Assembly (NCBI GenBank): GCA_951406725.2
Contig: OX597817.1
Coordinates: 127,720,001 to 127,784,000, forward strand
Length of the DNA: 64,000 bases
Direction of reading: 5' to 3'
Origin: Octopus vulgaris
Taxonomy: Eukaryota
Position numbers and translations under genes: made by a program. The first letter of the stretch is position 1. Every line of letters begins with the position of its first letter. Shown piece after piece: positions 14,735 to 28,926 of this stretch. The notes below the pieces were generated by a model. That model made no database searches, was not told the DNA's origin, and was given only the letters and a program-made list of their open reading frames with translations.

Positions 14735-15639
14735 TTTCACATGTATACATATACATACAAAGCTACAAAATAGCTCAGTTTAACAAAAGAAATTATATTC
14801 AAAAATGTTAACCTATATAGAACAACGTATATTTAAGTAAACAGAAAACATTTATGTGATGGAGTGCAGGGGGTTCGGCATCAAAATACATTAAACTGTG
14901 ATAATAAAACGAATTATATTTTGCACTGTTAAACATGGATTCTTTTAATTTTCAAAAACTGCAAAAAGGAATTTAAATATTCATTGCATTATATGAAAGG
15001 TAGCATCATTGTAGGATACAAAATTGAATAAAGTGAATGCACAGAAAAAAAAGGAAAGAAGCAAAAATGAAAAATATGTAGAATTAGATTTCAGTTAATT
15101 CTCCTTGTTGGAAAACAATATGTATATAAGGTAAGATGTGTAAATTTAAAACAAGCTTTAACGAAAATTGTTGTGTCATGGTATCGTTCAAATCGTAAAA
15201 CGTTTGATGTCAGAGTTTAAAAACAGAAGAATACGTGCAATTTTATAGAAAAACAATATTACTAAATGTACAGTTTAGAAAGAGAGAAAAAATCCTATTT
15301 CTAAATTATATTCGAATTATATATATTAACAACATAGTCATATGTATGATAACTACATTCCAAATAAGAACGAAACGAACCTTAAAGACATATCAGTGCA
15401 AAAGATAACGAATACCAGCAAATAAAGCTTTGTTTAATGATTATAGGGAAACAATAAATATTGCAAATTTAACATGTATTATGGACAGCTTTTGATACTG
15501 AAAGATCTGTGTTGCTGATAACAGCCACTTTAATTGGGGATTCTTTCACCAAATTGCTAAACAACCAAAGATGCATGACTTATAAACATTTATATGCAGG
15601 AAAAACATGCATACATGTAATTATTGTTGCATAAAATGA

Positions 15640-16580
15640 TTGCTGGATCATTTGTACGTTCTACCAGTTGAAGACTTCATTATTGATCAAGTATACATCG
15701 TTCTCTCTATCACAACTTTAAACCAGCCTAGATTGTGCAGTAACGAAACTATAACTAATCCGTGCGTTGCACGTCTTTCACATATCATAAGTAAATGATA
15801 GATTCTTCACTCTGTGGGATGCAGATCTGTCTTATACAGATTCATGCAATAACATATATTTATTTACTTCCAGTTCAATGAATTTCTTCCACAAAACCTA
15901 CGCTGACGATTTAAACTCGAGAACTATAAGAACATTTGATATCCTATTTACCATTGAACCCCAGTTTATTCTTGTGAAGAAAAGAATGTAAATGTTCCGA
16001 GCAAAAATTTGTAAGAAAAGTGACCTTCTGATAATTAACAAGATGATTGAGCTGGTTTCACAAAAATGGAAGGATGGTACATCCCGATGTATTTTTTGAC
16101 ATATATAAAAAGGTTTTGAGGCTTTCCGTGAGATATTAATCAAACATTTAGGTTTTACGAATACTTAACTTGCGGTAAGTAGAAAAGATGCACTAATCAT
16201 GATTTTGTATCTACAAAAATAATCTAAAGTGTCATTTGATAATACTGACACTAATTTAAAACAGAAGGAATTTGCTCACATTTTTTACTCTCAACTCTAA
16301 ACATTTAAAACAAATCTTATTTTGTATCACAGTATGGTAGGCAAGAAGGGCAAACAATGATAACTGTATGATTAATAATTCTGCTACCAACACAGTGCTG
16401 TATTAGTAAATCAAGCATTCCAGTAAATTTTCTGGGTGGATGAGAAGGATTGTTTTTAATTTTTTTTTTGCTTTTTTTCTTGCTTTTTGTGTCCATGTTC
16501 TGTCAGAAATCATAGCTACAACCATAAGTGGAGGACATTTCTTCCCAAAGGATTATTTTACGGATGCTCTTGTGTCACGT
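15640..16580 (+). pseudogene. Ancient LINE RT remnant
   Basis: Frameshifted motifs in order: ENY(R)TF (~15920), DLLIINKMIE (~16022), F.DI.K(G)FE (~16095), LFYGC/TDAL (YADD-like, ~16555). Boundaries approximate. Confidence 0.35.
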
Positions 16581-18072
16581 CTATGTACATCTAGCGGTCA
16601 TTGTTTATATTTATAGTTGTAAATCTTCCACACAACAAACATAACGGTGATTAACTTGTTATGATATTCGATAGAGGGATCATTCATCAAAAGGCAAGTA
16701 CCACACATTGTTCTACTTCACAAGAGTGGTTAACTTAAATCGCAATCTCACTCAGTGTCAAACTAGAACGTAGCTCTAACAGTTACACAACTTTGCTTAT
16801 CGTGCAATTGTCAGTTGCTTCATTTAATAATTAAATACTGACACATTGCGCAACATCTATTTAAAAAGATGGAATAAATTTAAGAATTTTTAAGTGGCTG
16901 TTTTGAATCCTTTTCTATGAAATGAATACATTAGTTTTTTTCCATACACAGAAAAAATGGGAGATTATCTTATGTTTCATAATTTCCGGATCATTTATCA
17001 GAAACAAACAAGTCCTGCTCATTCCTTTGCACATAGCATATAGCATATAGCAAAATGGCTATAACCGAAATGACCACACTAATTTGCATTTGTGATTTGA
17101 CGGTCTCGGGAATAAATTGTTAACAGAGATCTATAATCATAATAGCGTGTGGTAGAAAACGTAAGATATCTTTAAAGTAATTAACCTAGACTTTTCTTCT
17201 TATGTGACAAGTTGTGAATATACCAAGAGATATGTCAGGCGATGTCAAATCTATCTCTGTATATCACGAAAGCACATGATCAGATGCATGTCTGTTTAAT
17301 ATGCCCCAGCGGCAAACTTAATATGTGCAGTTGGAGCTTCCTCAAATTCATTATACATTTTCTAATACGTTCTCTGCTTTGCTTTACTGTATATTGATAT
17401 GTGTGCGTCCATACCAGTCCTTGTTTATGAATGTCTGTTTATGAGTGTATGTATATGTGTGTGTAAACACACGCAAATACACACGTACATGCTATGCAAG
17501 CTTAATGTACCAGGAATTATATAACGTAACGTATGTTTCCATTTGGGTGCGATTTCTAATAAATTAGTTTGCTATTTTTACACGCTTGCGTATGTACGAA
17601 CGCAGAGATTCCATTGCAATCTCCATTGTATTCCGTATTTCAATAACTGCTGTCAATCTCACACACTACACTGAAGTGTAATGCAACGTACACGCTATCT
17701 ATATTTTTGTTCTCTTAATTCAATGATGCAATTACAGTTTCCACTATATTTCATAATATTTTCATTTCAACAACATAAAAATATAAAACAGCTTCTAAAA
17801 AGAAGAAAACAGATTGCTTCATGTACTCCAGAATAGAATAGAATCAGTATCAGTCGTGATGGTAAAAACTCTCTTTTTATGTATTCGACAAGCACTCTTC
17901 TGCAAGGAATACATTTTTACAAATGAAAACATAAAAAACAAATTCTATGAGAATTTAAAACCTGTAAGATTATGATGAGTATGAATAGAAAAGAAACAAT
18001 TTCTTTCGGCAAAGTATTATCACATAAACCATTATATTAAACATAACAAAATATGTGTCGGTATATATATAC

Positions 18073-18166
<94 letters not shown>

Positions 18167-19134
18167 GTATGTACGTATATGTATATATGTATGTATGTGT
18201 ATGTATATTTGTATGTGTGTCTGCATATATGTATATATATATACATATATCTATCTATCTATTTATCTCTCTCTATCTATCTGTCTGTGTGTATATATAT
18301 ATATATCTAACACATATTATACACATATATACAAAGAAGTTCATGCTTCATATATGCCTATTCATATATGCAATTATATATATATATAAATATAGAATTT
18401 ACATGTAAATGTTTACACACACAAATAGATATATGTAATCTATATTTATAAACACACACTCAGATGTATGTGTTTGTCCATATATAAAGATGCTTATGCT
18501 ATTTTTTATAATATTGTATCGAGAAACATTCTTAGAATTTTGTTTTTGATAAATCCAATAATATACTCCTACAAAACAATTACTATATTTTCTCTTATAC
18601 ATGCATTATCTCTATGATTTTACTGAAACGAAAAGCAATTCGAAAATTCCCGAAAATGTACGTGGCTATTCCATTCTGGTGCTAGCGTATTGGTTCTTCC
18701 CTCTCGTAATATCTGTTCTTTACCCACTAAAAATAAATTAACTATTTGCATTTTACTCAGTTAAAACTAGTAAGTTTATGAATGATTTTTGAAGCTATGT
18801 AAACAAAGCAATTGTTTCGATATCGAGCAAGCATAGCAGTTGAGCTCCTCGGTTACTTGCTAGACGGTCAACAGGAAAACACAAAATAGAAAGCAATCGG
18901 CTATGTTTCATGTACTTTAAATGATAAACGTTGTGTTAACAACAAACAAGATTAGGACAAATATCCGTCAAATGTAAATAATGTAAATAATATAAATAAT
19001 TTTGTGTCTGTAGTATGTAGAGGATCCTTTCATACTAACATGTTGCTTAGCGATAGAGAGCAATCGCAGACACAGAGACATGCACGCACACACACAAACA
19101 CACACATATATATATATATAAATATATATAAATA

Positions 19135-19375
19135 ATGAGGGAGATAAATTAATATTAATTTTAATATCAATTTAAAACCAGTAGTCTAGCATAAAAATCT
19201 GAGAAATCAGAGAAAATTCTAATATATGTCTATATTGGCAGGGCAAGACTGCTAGGTAGTCGGCCGTATGCTAGAAATAGATCATCAACGATCAAACTAC
19301 AAAGAAAGTTCTCTAGAGGAAAAATTCAGCGAACACCAGAACCAAATTTGGCGGGCAGGACAGATGAAAATTTAT
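19135..19375 (+). repeat. Unclassified ~240-bp interspersed repeat between (TA)n tracts
   Basis: Homologous to the reverse complement of 56465-56700 (atcaatt.aaa.cagt, atgctaga.atagac/t, acaaagaa, gca.gaca.atgaaaat). Confidence 0.55.
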
Positions 19376-19395
19376 ATAATATATATATATATATA

Positions 19396-20150
19396 TACTA
19401 GTAGAACCCGTATAAATTCCACGGAATGGAAAAGATCAAGAAGTCCTATTTAAGAAAGAAATGATGATTTGCATTTTTATAGCATTCTTAGTTTAGCTTT
19501 CTTTAAATAGGTTTGGCATTCATCTACACACATTTCCTCACGTCTCTGTCGGTGTTGGCTCTTTCCTCTCTAATGCGTGCTCTATGTCTGCGCATCCTTT
19601 GTCAAGGAGCTTGCAACCATGTTTCTTGTGAATACATAGTTTAGACTAAATAACACTATTAAACAAATATAAATTTTTTAATCGAGCTGATAATAAATAT
19701 TTGCACTTATGCGTATGCGATTGTCGCTATAAAAAAATTACTTCAGTATAAAAAATTACTTTTCAATATCAACACACCACCACCGCTCTCTCTTTCAGTC
19801 TCTCTCTAACTTTCAATTTAACTGCCTCTCTTGTCCATCTCTCTCTATCTACCTTAACCTTCATGTAACCACGTAGTAAGTATTCCTTCCCTACCTCATC
19901 GCACGTTGTTAACACTTCTCTCTCCCTTTTATCTCTCGCCGTCATTTTTCTCTCGTTCTTCATCTTTACCTTCTGTTGACCACGTGACCATTTGGCCAAA
20001 GTGTATTAATATTAATTACCTTTCTCTACTTCTTCCTCTCTTCTTTCTTCACTTCACCCCCCTATCTCTCACTCTTCACCTCTCACTCACTCCGACTTCA
20101 CCTCTCTAACTAATGTATAACGAGCGAACAAACAAACAAATTATTATTAT
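19396..20150 (+). mobile_element. Possible non-autonomous Helitron-like element
   Basis: Starts tatACTAGtagaaCCCG inside (TA)n, has a CT-rich interior and ends acaaacaaacaaa-ttattatt; architecture only, no coding evidence. Confidence 0.3.
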
Positions 20151-20179
20151 TTTAATTATTATTATTATTATTATTATTA

Positions 20180-20210
<31 letters not shown>

Positions 20211-20259
20211 TTATATTTATATACATACATATCTGTGTGTATGTGTGTGTGTTTGTGTC

Positions 20260-20303
<44 letters not shown>

Positions 20304-20304
20304 C

Positions 20305-20475
20305 ATTTTTCGGTCTTCCAAACACACAATATCTGTGTACCAAATTTGTTCACAAGTCATTGCTCGACTTGGGGGTATACTTGAAGGCACTTACCCAAGA
20401 TGCTGGATACTGGAACTGAACCAGAAAACATGTGATTCCAAAGCGAGGTTCTTAACTGCCCAAACATTCCGCACC
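20305..20475 (-). mobile_element. SINE family A, diverged 5' half
   Basis: taccaaatttgttcacaag...cacttacccaagatgct...ggaactgaaccagaaaacatgtg matches the family A head. Confidence 0.55.
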
Positions 20476-20997
20476 TACAACAAAGCATTTATTTATTTAA
20501 ATAATTTCGTTTAGTATTAATGCCCTTTTTTATGAATGGATTTTTAGCAACAGTTGCTTAATCCTAGTTTCTTCGTTTCTACGTTGAGTCTCGCATATTT
20601 TCTTTTAGTTTGTTTTTGAAGAATTTCTTGTGAAACACCCAATATGGATTTATATGCATCTATCCAAATATGATTATTTATACATATCACGTACAATATT
20701 GGCGAGAAAAAAACAAATAATGTTGATACCGTACAATTATCTGTTTTAGAATAACATATATCCAATATAAATAGGCGAGAAAAACTAATATTGATGAATT
20801 ATTGGCTAGATGAAACATTGAAACGCTACAAATGCATTCTCGCATGTTTATATTGTAACTTTGAGATTTGAATAGCAAATAATGTCGATTTCCAAATAAT
20901 TTCTGCAAAGAAAACTCGCAAGTACTAAAGAAACGCAACACCTAATACAACAACAGCAGTAACTACAACTATAATGATAATAATACTATAAGCACAA

Positions 20998-21210
20998 GGC
21001 GGTGAGTTGGCAGAAACGTTAGGACGCTGGGCAAAATGCTTAGCGGCATTTCGTCTGCGGTTACCTTCAGAGTTCAAATTCCGCCGAGGTTGACTTTGCC
21101 TTTCATCCTTTCGGGGTCGATAACTTAATTACCAGTTACGCACTGGGGTCGATCTAATCGACTGTCTCCTTCCCCAAAATTTCGGGCTTTGTGTCTAGAG
21201 TAGAAAAGAA
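20998..21210 (+). mobile_element. tRNA-derived SINE family B, full length
   Basis: GGCGGTGAGTTGGCAGAA (A box), GAGTTCAAATTCC (B box), gactttgcctttcatcctttcggggtcgataa, ctggggtcgatctaatcgact; many copies in the window. Confidence 0.85.
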
Positions 21211-21249
21211 TAATATAATACTATGAGCACGTAGCTCACATATTTAAGA

Positions 21250-21416
21250 GAAGGAGACCAGCCGATTACCTCAACCCCATTATTTCATTGGTACTTATAT
21301 CAGCCACCCCGGAAAACTGGACAGTAAAGTAAACCTCGATGAAATTTTAATTCAGAACAAGAAATACAGGTAAGCATTTTGTGCGGTACGCTAACGATTC
21401 TGCCAGTTCGCCGCCT
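21250..21416 (-). mobile_element. SINE family B, diverged
   Basis: Ends ctaacgattctgccagttcgccgcc, the reverse complement of the family B head. Confidence 0.65.
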
Positions 21417-22235
21417 AAATAATAATAATAATAATAGTGATGATGATAATAATAAGGCGGCTGGACGTGACAGAGGATGGACGTATTTTTACGATGCTCT
21501 GAACTGGCAACAGCGAACCCAGCAGGACAACTGAAAAAAACAACTGTAGAAAACTGGAAGATCTACTGTTTTCTGTAAGTAATTTGAATTTCCCTCAAAA
21601 TAAGTAAAAAAAAACTTACATATCTACAGCTCATACAAACGTACACCTAACAAGAAAAATTAGAAACATAAATATCTCCAATTCTGTGTGAATATTTACA
21701 TTTAGTCGTCTCTCATGACTATAAGAATGTGTAAAATTGCCTTTTAAATTACCTTTTATTGTAACAACACAATTAAATGCACGATAAAAAGTTATGGAAT
21801 TAAGCACCTACTAATATATACATACAACTGAATTCAGAAATTAAAAAAATATATACATAACATTGAACTCAGAAAGTTATTTAAAAAAAAAAAATCATCG
21901 ACGAAAACATCAGATAATATGTGTGAGTGAGTATACATATACATATACATATGCATGTGGTGAGGAAGAAAAGAGAAAGGCAAAAAAAAAAATAAATAAA
22001 TGTAAACAGGTTTGACCTTTTACTGACCATTAACGTCCTTTGTCTCCACCATCTACCGTAGCTATTTATAGACCCAAAGAACATGAATTCTTTAACCAAC
22101 CATTCTCCCACACAATGGAGTGTTGAGGGTGGCTGTGGCTACACATAAAACAATGTCATTGATGATGATGATGGTGATGGTGATGTTGCTGATGATGGTG
22201 ATGGTGGTGAAGGTGATAGTAATAACAATAATAAC

Positions 22236-24518
22236 TGACAGATCCCGTCTTTTTCCCTTTCTTTTCGTTTCCTTCTCCGTATTTTATTCTCATTATTTCG
22301 AACTAATACAGACACAGAGAGCCTTGAAGAAAGGAAGAGGAGGAAAAAAAAATGTTCGGAGATAAAACTATCAGCAAAAAAAATATAGACGAATATAGAT
22401 CTGCTAGTCTTAAGAAGCGGCGCTATGAGCAATGCTTACATGTAGTGAACCCTAAACTGTCAGATCCATCTCCTAATATAAGAATGGATGCTCGTCATGC
22501 TTCAAGGTCAACAAATCAAACAATAAACCGCATTGGTCATTGCGCGGATTACAAAAGACCACGTACCCGAAAATTGAACCAAATTCTGATTGAAAAATCA
22601 GCTACTGGATCAAATCTTCCCAACACACAGGAGCTAGACGTACCCCACAACCGGAATATTCCAACAGATGGCCATCCATGCTCATCACCAAATAATCAAA
22701 AGAAAAAGAAGGAGAAATGGTCTAGGGAAGATAATAAAGAAGTTCTTGAGGCCTTCTACCATGCCATATATTTCCCCACAGATAAGTCTAGCACTGTACA
22801 AGCATACTTAAACTGGAGACAGAAACACCCTAAAGTAAGACCCTACATAGACAGTAACAAACTTGCCAACGTCAGAAGAAACATTATAAAAAAAAATTAC
22901 TGACTGAAGTAGAGATTGATCAGGTTAGCCAAGCAATATCGGATAAAATGAACGAAGCTGCAGCTAGAGAAGATAATACAGAGGAAATAATTATAGACCA
23001 GCCCAGGGCTGATAAAAACGAAGAGAGGATTGAAAGAGTTAGTATAAGTGATAGGCAAAGTGAAATACTCCCTGAACCAATCATAAACACTAAGACAGAT
23101 GAGCATCAAATAGATAAAGAAAGTCACACAAATATTGACCCAACAGAACTACATGAGCTAAAAAATCAAATCATGATTGAATGGCTGAAAATTAAAGAAA
23201 CCAGATGGATGAACGTGATACACTTCCTAAAATCCGCAACTCTAACCAAAACATGAAAATAATTGGTAAAATCCGGCTTGCACTTAAGGATATAATTTCA
23301 GCTAATGATGTTGATATCACAAACCTCAACCACCTATACTATGCATCCGCGAAAATCTCAACGATCCTATGTGGTGTAAAGATTAGAAAACGGCAACATT
23401 CCCACAAAAAGCCTTCTTGGCAAGAGCGTCTGCAACAACAAATTAAAATATTTAGATCTGACATTGGATATTTGAAAAACCTTAAGGCAAACAAGACTAC
23501 CAAACCTACAAAAACCCAAACATTACTGAAAAAATACAATATGAAAACTATACTTGATATTGATGCCAGCATAGAAACCATCAAACAAAAGGTATCTGCC
23601 AAAGCTGCCCGCATAGCGAGGTATGAAAAGCGTGTTAGATTTTTCAAGGACAACAACATGTTCAAAAATAACACCAAGAATTTTTACAGGAAGATAGGAA
23701 AAACAGCGTTTACAGCAAGGTCTGTACCATCAAAAGAAGAAGTGCAGGGATTTTGGAATAAAATCTGGGCAGAAGAAAAAACACACAACGAAAAGGCCCC
23801 CTGGATTGACAGAATATCTACAGAACTGGACCCCTTAGAAGAGCAAAAGTGGGAGGGTGTCAAGGTAGAAGATATAAGATCTGCTCTCAGGAGGTCAAGC
23901 AAATGGAAGTCTCCAGGAAAGGATAAAATTCCTAACTTCTGGCTGAATGCCTTCCCAGAGAGCCATGAACTGCTAACAGAACTGTACAATGATGTTTTGC
24001 AACACCCTAGTAGGATGCCTCCTTGGCTAGTTAATGGGTTAACATTCCTGCTTCCAAAAAGTGAAGAAACAAATGAACCAAAAAACTATAGACCCATAAC
24101 CTGCTTAACAACTATGTACAAAACACTAACATCTGTCCTGACGGAATATACCTATAGTTTTTTAACAGACAGCAGCATATTCCCTAATAAACAGAAAGGA
24201 TGTAAACGTGGATCCTACGGCTGTAAAGACCAACTACTCATCAATAAGATGATCCTAGAAGATTGTCACAAACGACACAAAAACTTATCAATAGCCTGGA
24301 TAGACTATAAAAAGGCTTTTGATAGCCTACCACATAGCTGGATTAGGAAATGCCTGGAAATGTATAAGATAGCACCTACTCTGCGAAACTTCTTGACTGT
24401 AAGTATGAGATCATAGAGAACCACACTAACTCTGAACAGTGACAATGAATCCCTAAATGCTGGTGATGTAAAAATTTCGTGTGGCATTTTCCAGGGTGAC
24501 TCACTGTCACCACTCCTA
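22236..24518 (+). mobile_element. R4/Dong-clade RLE LINE, 5' half (5' UTR, N-terminal domain, RT to motif B), 3'-truncated pseudogene
   Basis: Frameshifted ORFs 22352-22903, 22948-23256, 23205-24416: KWSREDN...WRQKHP...KLANVRRNIIKKN (R4-type N-terminus), WKSPGKDKIPNFW, KNYRPITCL, QKGCKRGSYGCKDQLLI, WIDYKKAFDSLPHSWI, then after an in-frame stop GIFQGDSLSPLL. Begins just after taataacaataataa. Confidence 0.92.
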
Positions 24519-24934
24519 AAGTAGTACTTGTAGTACTTGTGCATTGAAAGAAGGAATGTTTAGCTGTGACGGCAGAATTGAGAGAAGTGAAAAATATATA
24601 AACTCGGTCTTAGTAGGTTACTCTTACTTATCTTCTAAAGTCCTTAAGAGAATGGGTGCGTCAGGATACAAAGGCACATTATATTCCAAGTTTCCCAAGG
24701 GATTGCTCTCAAGAGACTAATAATACAGATTTTTAACGTAGATATGAGTCCATAAATTTGGACTATAGACATAGGTATATTGACCCACAATACTTGACTG
24801 GCATTTTGTTTCGTCGACTTCGTAAGAATAAAAGGTTAAGTTAGACTCGGCACGGTAAGATCTGAACACAGAACTAAATAGACCTTCATATATATACGGT
24901 AGGACTTTTTCGACAGTCTAAATATTCTTAGTAG

Positions 24935-25085
24935 TATTTTACGTTCTGAGTGCAAATTCCGCCGAGGTTAACTTCACCTTTCCCCCTTTCGAGGTAGATA
25001 ACAAGAGTACCAGTTGGACACTGGGCCGATGTAATCGACTTAACTCCTTCCTCGAAATTGCTGCCCTTGTAGCAAACTTTGAAAC
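24935..25085 (+). mobile_element. SINE family B, partial
   Basis: tacgttctgagtgcaaattccgccgagg...gagtaccagttggacactgggccgatgtaatcgact. Confidence 0.7.
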
Positions 25086-27115
25086 TAATATTGTTATTCT
25101 ATATGAGCTTCTGCTGATTTTCTGGAAAGAGATTAATTATTATATAACATGAGAATATTTCTTGTAGAACACGTGATAATAAGTTGAGAACCTCTTTCTG
25201 AAATCGATATGTTTACAACATTGATTTGGTGTTGGTATTTTTGCTAGTCATTAATAAAACTGAAGATAGAATCAGACATTGCAGTACTATGGTTAATTAA
25301 AACTAAAATTATAAACTAAATGAAAATGTACATTTTGGATTTGATCATGGTATGTTTATTTTTGTTAGATTAATTATCGATTTGTTTTCACAATACAACA
25401 GTGAAGTTTCTCCATAGATCTGAAATCATCGGAATTGACTACATCGCTGTTCCTTTATTTTGTTATGTAGAGCCAGTTGCAGTTAACACACCAGAGTGCT
25501 CCTGATCTTAGTACATGATTAACTAAATCTACAAGGAAGCCCAATTACAAGGAAGCGAAATTTCTCTGGCAAACCAAACCTTAACATATTCAATAAAGGG
25601 GGACATAGCGTGTTATCTAGTCTGCGATAAATCACGTAAGTAAAGACGAGTAGATCATGATTGGTGTGCCTTTGATCAAATGTCTACTTGATTAGAGCTA
25701 ACCTGGGCTAAATAAGATCTTCACTAGTTCTGTGCAGTACTATGTATCGGGTCATCTCAGGGACAATTCGAGAAGTACATAATTTTTTCTATGCAATGAG
25801 CGTGGTAGAACCTCGGTCAACACATTTTGATTTATGGAGAAAGAATGCTTCTTATAGCGCAACGTAACCGATTCTGAGAAAGAGAGAAAGAGAGGGAGGG
25901 AGACAGCGAGAGAGATAGAATCGACCAGTGCTTGGCTGGTAATCCCACAAAAGGATGAAAGGCCATTGCTGAACGTAACTATTTTTTCCCATCCTGCAAT
26001 CCCTATTTACAGGAGTAGTGACAAATTTGATCATTTGAGACTTCTACTTCGTTTCCACGAACACAATTTAACACCATTGATAATATATAGAACACCGACT
26101 TCTCATCGACTGAGTGCCGGTAATTCGATCTACAAATACTCAATCCTCTTTCTCAGAATTGTATTATATACATCATTAACTATATACAAATTCTGTTACG
26201 CAACATCAGTTGTAAGTCAAAAGAAATCAGAAAAGAAGAACGGAGAAATATCGGAAGCATGTGTTAATAGGAAGGAAAACCATTGATACTTTTTTGTATA
26301 ATAAAGAAATAGGGAGACATATAGAATATCGGAGATAATGAAATCTTAGGAAAAAGTAATGAGTTGCTGGAAACAATAAACCACATCTTGAAGCGTTTTT
26401 TCTTATGATACATTTTTATATTATGCATTTGTGAATGGTTATAGCTTTCTGCAGGCGAATCACAGGTTCACTGTAATTTAAACAGAGACTGACAAGGTAA
26501 TACTTGTGCGATTCGAGCGGCTAACTAAGACAGGGGATTTTTTTTTGGGGGGGGGGTCCGATGTTTAAATATTTCGCTGATAAGTCTGCGAGTGATACAC
26601 AAAATGCTTTCGCAGCTACAGATGCATTTTTTTTGTCTTTTATTGCCGTCGCTGTGTAAAACCAAGGCCGTTCTTTTGATAAAGCTGAGGATGATCTCTT
26701 TTCAATAATATGTGTGAACGTGAGTGTTTGTGCGTGAGTCTGTGTGCGTGAGTCTGTGTGCGTGAGTCTGTGTGCGTGAGTGTGTGTGTGGGTCGGTATT
26801 TGTGAGTGTGTGCGCGCGCGTGTGAGCGTGTGTGCATTCGATTATTATCATAATTACGTAACTCTGAGCTTCCTGAAACAACTGTCGTGTTAAGAAATTT
26901 TATTTATGTTTCTGTATTTTAGTGCTCCATGCAGATAAATGTATATATATATATATATATATGTGTATGTGTGTGTTTGTGTGTGTGTGTCTGTGAGTGA
27001 TATCTAATTATGATTATTTGCACTACTACCTCCATATCGGCTCGTTCAATATTTCTCTTCCAGCCCCAATTTATACTCGGGCCAAGCCTGAACATCCCGA
27101 GTACCGGAGTCGTCA

Positions 27116-27174
<59 letters not shown>

Positions 27175-27524
27175 CAGAAAAACATGTTTATTTAAAAACA
27201 AGCACAAGTTTTTCAAATTTAGGTGCATTTTCAACACATTTTCATCCTCTTTAGTTATATATAATGTATTATAAAAAAGTGAGAAAGCCTGACAAGATAC
27301 ATACAATACTAGTGAAAATCCCAAATAATGATTCTCGTTCAATAAGTTTCATATGTAGAATCATTGCATCACAATTTTAAACTCAAGCGGTAGAAAGTAG
27401 ACGATGTGAATTGCAATGAAGCTTAAACCACAACTCTGAATTTTAGGAAAACTCGAACAGCATTTATAGAAAACTCAGTCTGCAGACGACATGGTGAATT
27501 ACCCATTTCTTGTCCATTTGTAAA

Positions 27525-27747
27525 TGAGGATCGAAACTGAGAAATTCACTGTGACTTTACGTTCACTTTACATTCTGATTTAAAATTTTCTATCACCATT
27601 CCGAGGTCAATAAAGTGAATATTACCGAAGTATGATCGCAATCAGCTGCGTGGTTAAGACGTTCACTCGTGCTACTAGCCAGATAATTTGTGATTAATAT
27701 GCTGTAGTGGGAAATTGTAACTTTACTATTGACTTTATTCTCAGTGC
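27525..27747 (+). repeat. Source copy of a 223-bp local inverted duplication
   Basis: Reads as the reverse complement of 28676-28898; no mismatch seen by eye. Confidence 0.92.
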
Positions 27748-27787
27748 CATCTGATAAGCTTCATACGAACTGACAACTCTCAGATAT

Positions 27788-27988
27788 ATGCCGGGCAAAA
27801 TGCTTAAAGGTATTTCGTCTGCCATTACGTTCTGAGTTCAAATTCCGTCAAGGCTGACTTTGCCTTTCATCCATTCTGGGTCGATAAATTAAGTACTAGT
27901 TACGCACTGAGATCGTTGTAGTCGACTTAATCCCTTTGTCTGTCCTTGTTTGGCTCCTATGTATTTAGCCCATTGTGGGCAATAAAGA
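27788..27988 (+). mobile_element. SINE family B, 5'-truncated
   Basis: gccgggcaaaatgctta...gagttcaaattccg...gactttgcctttcatcc...gtcgataaattaagtac. Confidence 0.8.
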
Positions 27989-28404
27989 TATATATATATA
28001 TAGTAAATGCGAAAACTAATTTCTGTGTGTCAGTGTGACACACTTTGACTCCCCTCTCTCACTATTCAACGACACTTCTTCGTGTTATTGTGAGAGTAAT
28101 ACCAAGCATAGAGACGGTGAGTGTGGTGGCGAACACATAGAGAGAGAGGGAGAGAGAGAGAAAGAGAGAGAAAGAGAGAGAGAGTGGGTATGTGAAAGAA
28201 AGATGGAGATGCTGTACAACGTTCCTGGACAGAAATTCCTGTGGCGAGCATACTGAATCAGTAACTGAACACTATCATTTCTCTTTTATTTTTGCTTTCT
28301 TTAATACATACATATATGTGTGTGTATGTGCGTGTGCGTACGTATATACATATATACACATTCACACACGCAATATATATACATACATACATATATATAT
28401 TTAT

Positions 28405-28478
<74 letters not shown>

Positions 28479-28616
28479 CGGAGATGTACTCGCATAGCAA
28501 GTAATTTGATCTGAGATCGTGTGCTGAAACGAAAACAATTGCAGCGTGGGAGGTGTTTATAAGCCATTTAAGAAACACACAAAAGCCGTTCGATTCACTC
28601 CAACATTTAAGTTTAA

Positions 28617-28666
28617 TTTGTCAAAATATTTTCGTCGCTAAAATCCGCGACCTGTTCACTGACAAA
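28617..28666 (-). ncRNA. Minimal type I hammerhead ribozyme-like motif, G3-C8 variant (left arm)
   Basis: Reverse complement of 28927-28976. Confidence 0.65.
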
Positions 28667-28926
28667 GTCCGTGCTGCACTGAGAATAAAGTCAATAGTAA
28701 AGTTACAATTTCCCACTACAGCATATTAATCACAAATTATCTGGCTAGTAGCACGAGTGAACGTCTTAACCACGCAGCTGATTGCGATCATACTTCGGTA
28801 ATATTCACTTTATTGACCTCGGAATGGTGATAGAAAATTTTAAATCAGAATGTAAAGTGAACGTAAAGTCACAGTGAATTTCTCAGTTTCGATCCTCACT
28901 GACAAAGTCCGAGATGCAGCACGGAC

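Noticed and set aside
15899-15915. Isolated YADDL peptide
   Set aside because: It lies upstream of the NYR and D..K.F motifs, the wrong order for an RT, so probably chance.
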